A DNA stretch of 64,000 nt from Toensbergia leucococca (taxonomy: Eukaryota): NCBI GenBank assembly GCA_022813965.1, contig JALDZS010000008.1, forward strand, positions 1 through 64,000, read 5' to 3'. The notes beneath the pieces are model-generated. The model made no database searches and had not been told where the DNA came from. It saw nothing but the letters and a program-made list of their open reading frames with translations. Both the position numbers and the translations under genes were made by a program. Positions 62,198 to 64,000 of the stretch are shown here, piece after piece; within the stretch, counting starts at the first letter, position 1; the number at the start of each line of letters is the position of its first letter.

Positions 62198-62585
62198 CAC
62201 CTTTCCTGGAGTCATTTCCTCAAACACTCTTCTCTCTCAAACTCACCTGCCTCACACACACTCCCGGATCATAAATCACTCCATCTCTTTCCCCGACGTC
62301 GCCAGTATCAATATCGTCGCATAAGCATAATCCACCTTTGTAGGAGCCATTTTCTCAAACACTCTTCTCTCTCAAACTCACCTCCGCCACACACACTCCC
62401 GGATCACAAATCACTCCATCTCTTTCCCCGACGTCGCCAAGATCAATATCAAAAAAGAGTTCATAACACACCTTTCCTGGAGCCATTTTCTCAAACACTC
62501 TTCTCTCTCATTTACACCTGCCTGTCACACCGTCCAGCATCGCAGATCACTCCATCTCTTTCCAAATCACTCCGTCTCTTTCCAA
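62198..62585. repeat. ~135-bp tandem repeat, about 3 copies (starts 62198, 62333, 62469)
   Basis: Recurring blocks CACCTTT...CATTT.CTCAAACACTCTTCTCTCTCA...TCACTCCATCTCTTTCC. Confidence 0.9.
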
Positions 62586-62618
62586 TACCTCACCAATACA
62601 AAAAAAATGAACAACAAC

Positions 62619-63108
62619 ATGTCCACCACCACCTCTTCCTCCACCGACTCGCCCCCCCTCATCCCCACAACGACCACCTTAACAGACCTCTCAATCGTCC
62701 CCGACATTCTCGCCCTCGACTCCCCCCCCCCCACGCCCATACATTCGCAACACAATGCGCCATCTGCTCCGCAACCTCCTCGACCTCTCGCCTCCCCCCA
62801 ACGCAACCTTTCCTCCCTACCCGACCGCCAACTTTCGCCTTCTATACGACGACGTCGTACACGCCCCGAGCGAGATATATGCGCCAATTTACGAGCGTTT
62901 CCGCCTTTCACTATTCGAGTCAAGCACAGTGGAGCGGCTCGTCGTGGTTGCGCAGGTGAAGATGGTGCCGAGGAGGGAAGGGGGGGAAGCGGGGGAGGCG
63001 GTTGTGAGGGTGTGGCTCCAGCGAGGGGAGGAGGAGCTTCAGTGGGAGGGGGTTATAAGATGCTTGCTTTTTCGGTGCAGGGGGATGTGGGGCGAGAGAG
63101 ATTGGTGA
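62619..63108 (+). CDS. Hypothetical protein, possibly frameshifted in a C11 tract (62722-62732)
   Basis: The N-terminus MSTTTSS...ILALDSP (frame of 62607) joins the globular-looking PRPYIRNTMRHLLRNLL...ERDW (frame of 62755) if one C is removed. Confidence 0.45.
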
Positions 63109-63553
63109 GATTGCGGGGTTCGTGGCTTGGTTTTGGTGTGTTTTTGAGGAGTGAGGAAGAGGAGCTCTCCTTGGGGTTTGGGGAGATTGAGAGCCATTTT
63201 TGCTGTAGTTTGAGGGTGGTCTGAGTTTTGATACCTGTAGGCTTAAAATGGGTATCTCGAATGGTCTTCCCACTCTAACCTTCATGCGTTCAATAATAGT
63301 AGTGTGGCACGCTGGTAGCATGATGGTTGGGTCTTGAATGGTGGCATCTAGCATGTTTGAACAGCAAAGATTGGAAACCTCCACGAGGCTGATTGACGAT
63401 TTTGGACTAATGAGAATCAGCAACCGTATCACACTGCCAGTGTGCTTGCCAGAGCTTTACTCACAATGACCAACGCTCAACGATTCTGCAAAAGCCAAAC
63501 GCACTAGTACTGCTCAATTTCTTTTCGGATAGGGGCAATACCTTTTGAAGTAA

Positions 63554-64000
63554 TCAATTCTCCCTGCCCCTGTCCCTACCCCTTCCCGAGCTTCTTCGTT
63601 CCCCGGGTACCCGTACAATTGGACTGCTCCCAAACACCGAACTACCCAATACCCCACCTACTCCCCCCACGCCTCTTACTTCCCCTAGACTGGTTCGTAC
63701 AAATCTTCCGTCCCCCTCTTCTCCACTACTATCATCCTCAAGCTCAGTGTCTGTATGCTGGTAGCTCCCTGCTTCTGGCACATCTTCATCCAAGTCTCTT
63801 CCCGTTGTCTCTTCTCTCCCATCTAAGCCCTCTCCTTCAGCGTAGTCGCCATCCCCCTCCTCAGTCGGCATGCCATCTTCCTCGTCATCATCTTCCTCGT
63901 CTACCCAACCCTCTTGGCCATCCTCAGCATCTGGTATCTCTTCATCAAGATCTCGTTCTTGCGCCTCTCCTTCTCCTTCTCCATCTTCTATCATGTCCCG
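63554..64000 (-). CDS. Apc15p-family (APC/C subunit 15) C-terminal part, truncated by the window edge
   Basis: Acidic region with ERDLDEEIPDA and RDLDEDVPEAGSYQHTDTE, typical of fungal Apc15p proteins. Confidence 0.7.
   Translation of the reverse strand, partial: RDMIEDGEGEGEAQERDLDEEIPDAEDGQEGWVDEEDDDEEDGMPTEEGDGDYAEGEGLDGREETTGRDLDEDVPEAGSYQHTDTELEDDSSGEEGDGRFVRTSLGEVRGVGGVGGVLGSSVFGSSPIVRVPGERRSSGRGRDRGREN

Overview
This is eukaryotic DNA from a filamentous ascomycete (Pezizomycotina). The evidence is short GT-AG introns with CTAAC/CTGAC branch points and fungal-type genes; a lichen-forming lineage is plausible but only inferred. From 0.3 to 19.7 kb there are three related small Myb/SANT-like genes. 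They are split by a ~14.5 kb accessory island holding a mutated Tc1/DD34E transposon, a ~270-bp inverted-repeat family, an orphan gene, a DUF6536 gene with one premature stop, a NIMA-like kinase and a degenerate amidoligase. From 20 to 64 kb the window is mostly core genes: UFD1, an alpha/beta hydrolase, a DEAD-box helicase, LIN1, RVB2, ferroportin, ARC18, TRM6, a MINDY deubiquitinase, H2A.Z, PIN4, a PDR ABC transporter, EMC7, ORC5, CHZ1, BET1 and partial APC15. The most striking observation is a tRNA-Asp(GTC) gene at 30940-31070. Besides a normal anticodon-loop intron, it carries a 49-nt spliceosomal-type intron (GTAAGC...TTCTAAC...TAG) inside the T-arm, and removing both introns gives a complete 72-nt cloverleaf. 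Other notable points are a candidate structured ncRNA near 60.2-61.0 kb, a RIP-like mutation signature at CpC/CpG rather than CpA, and co-location of HTZ1, CHZ1 and RVB2. All exon boundaries were read by eye and no searches were run.
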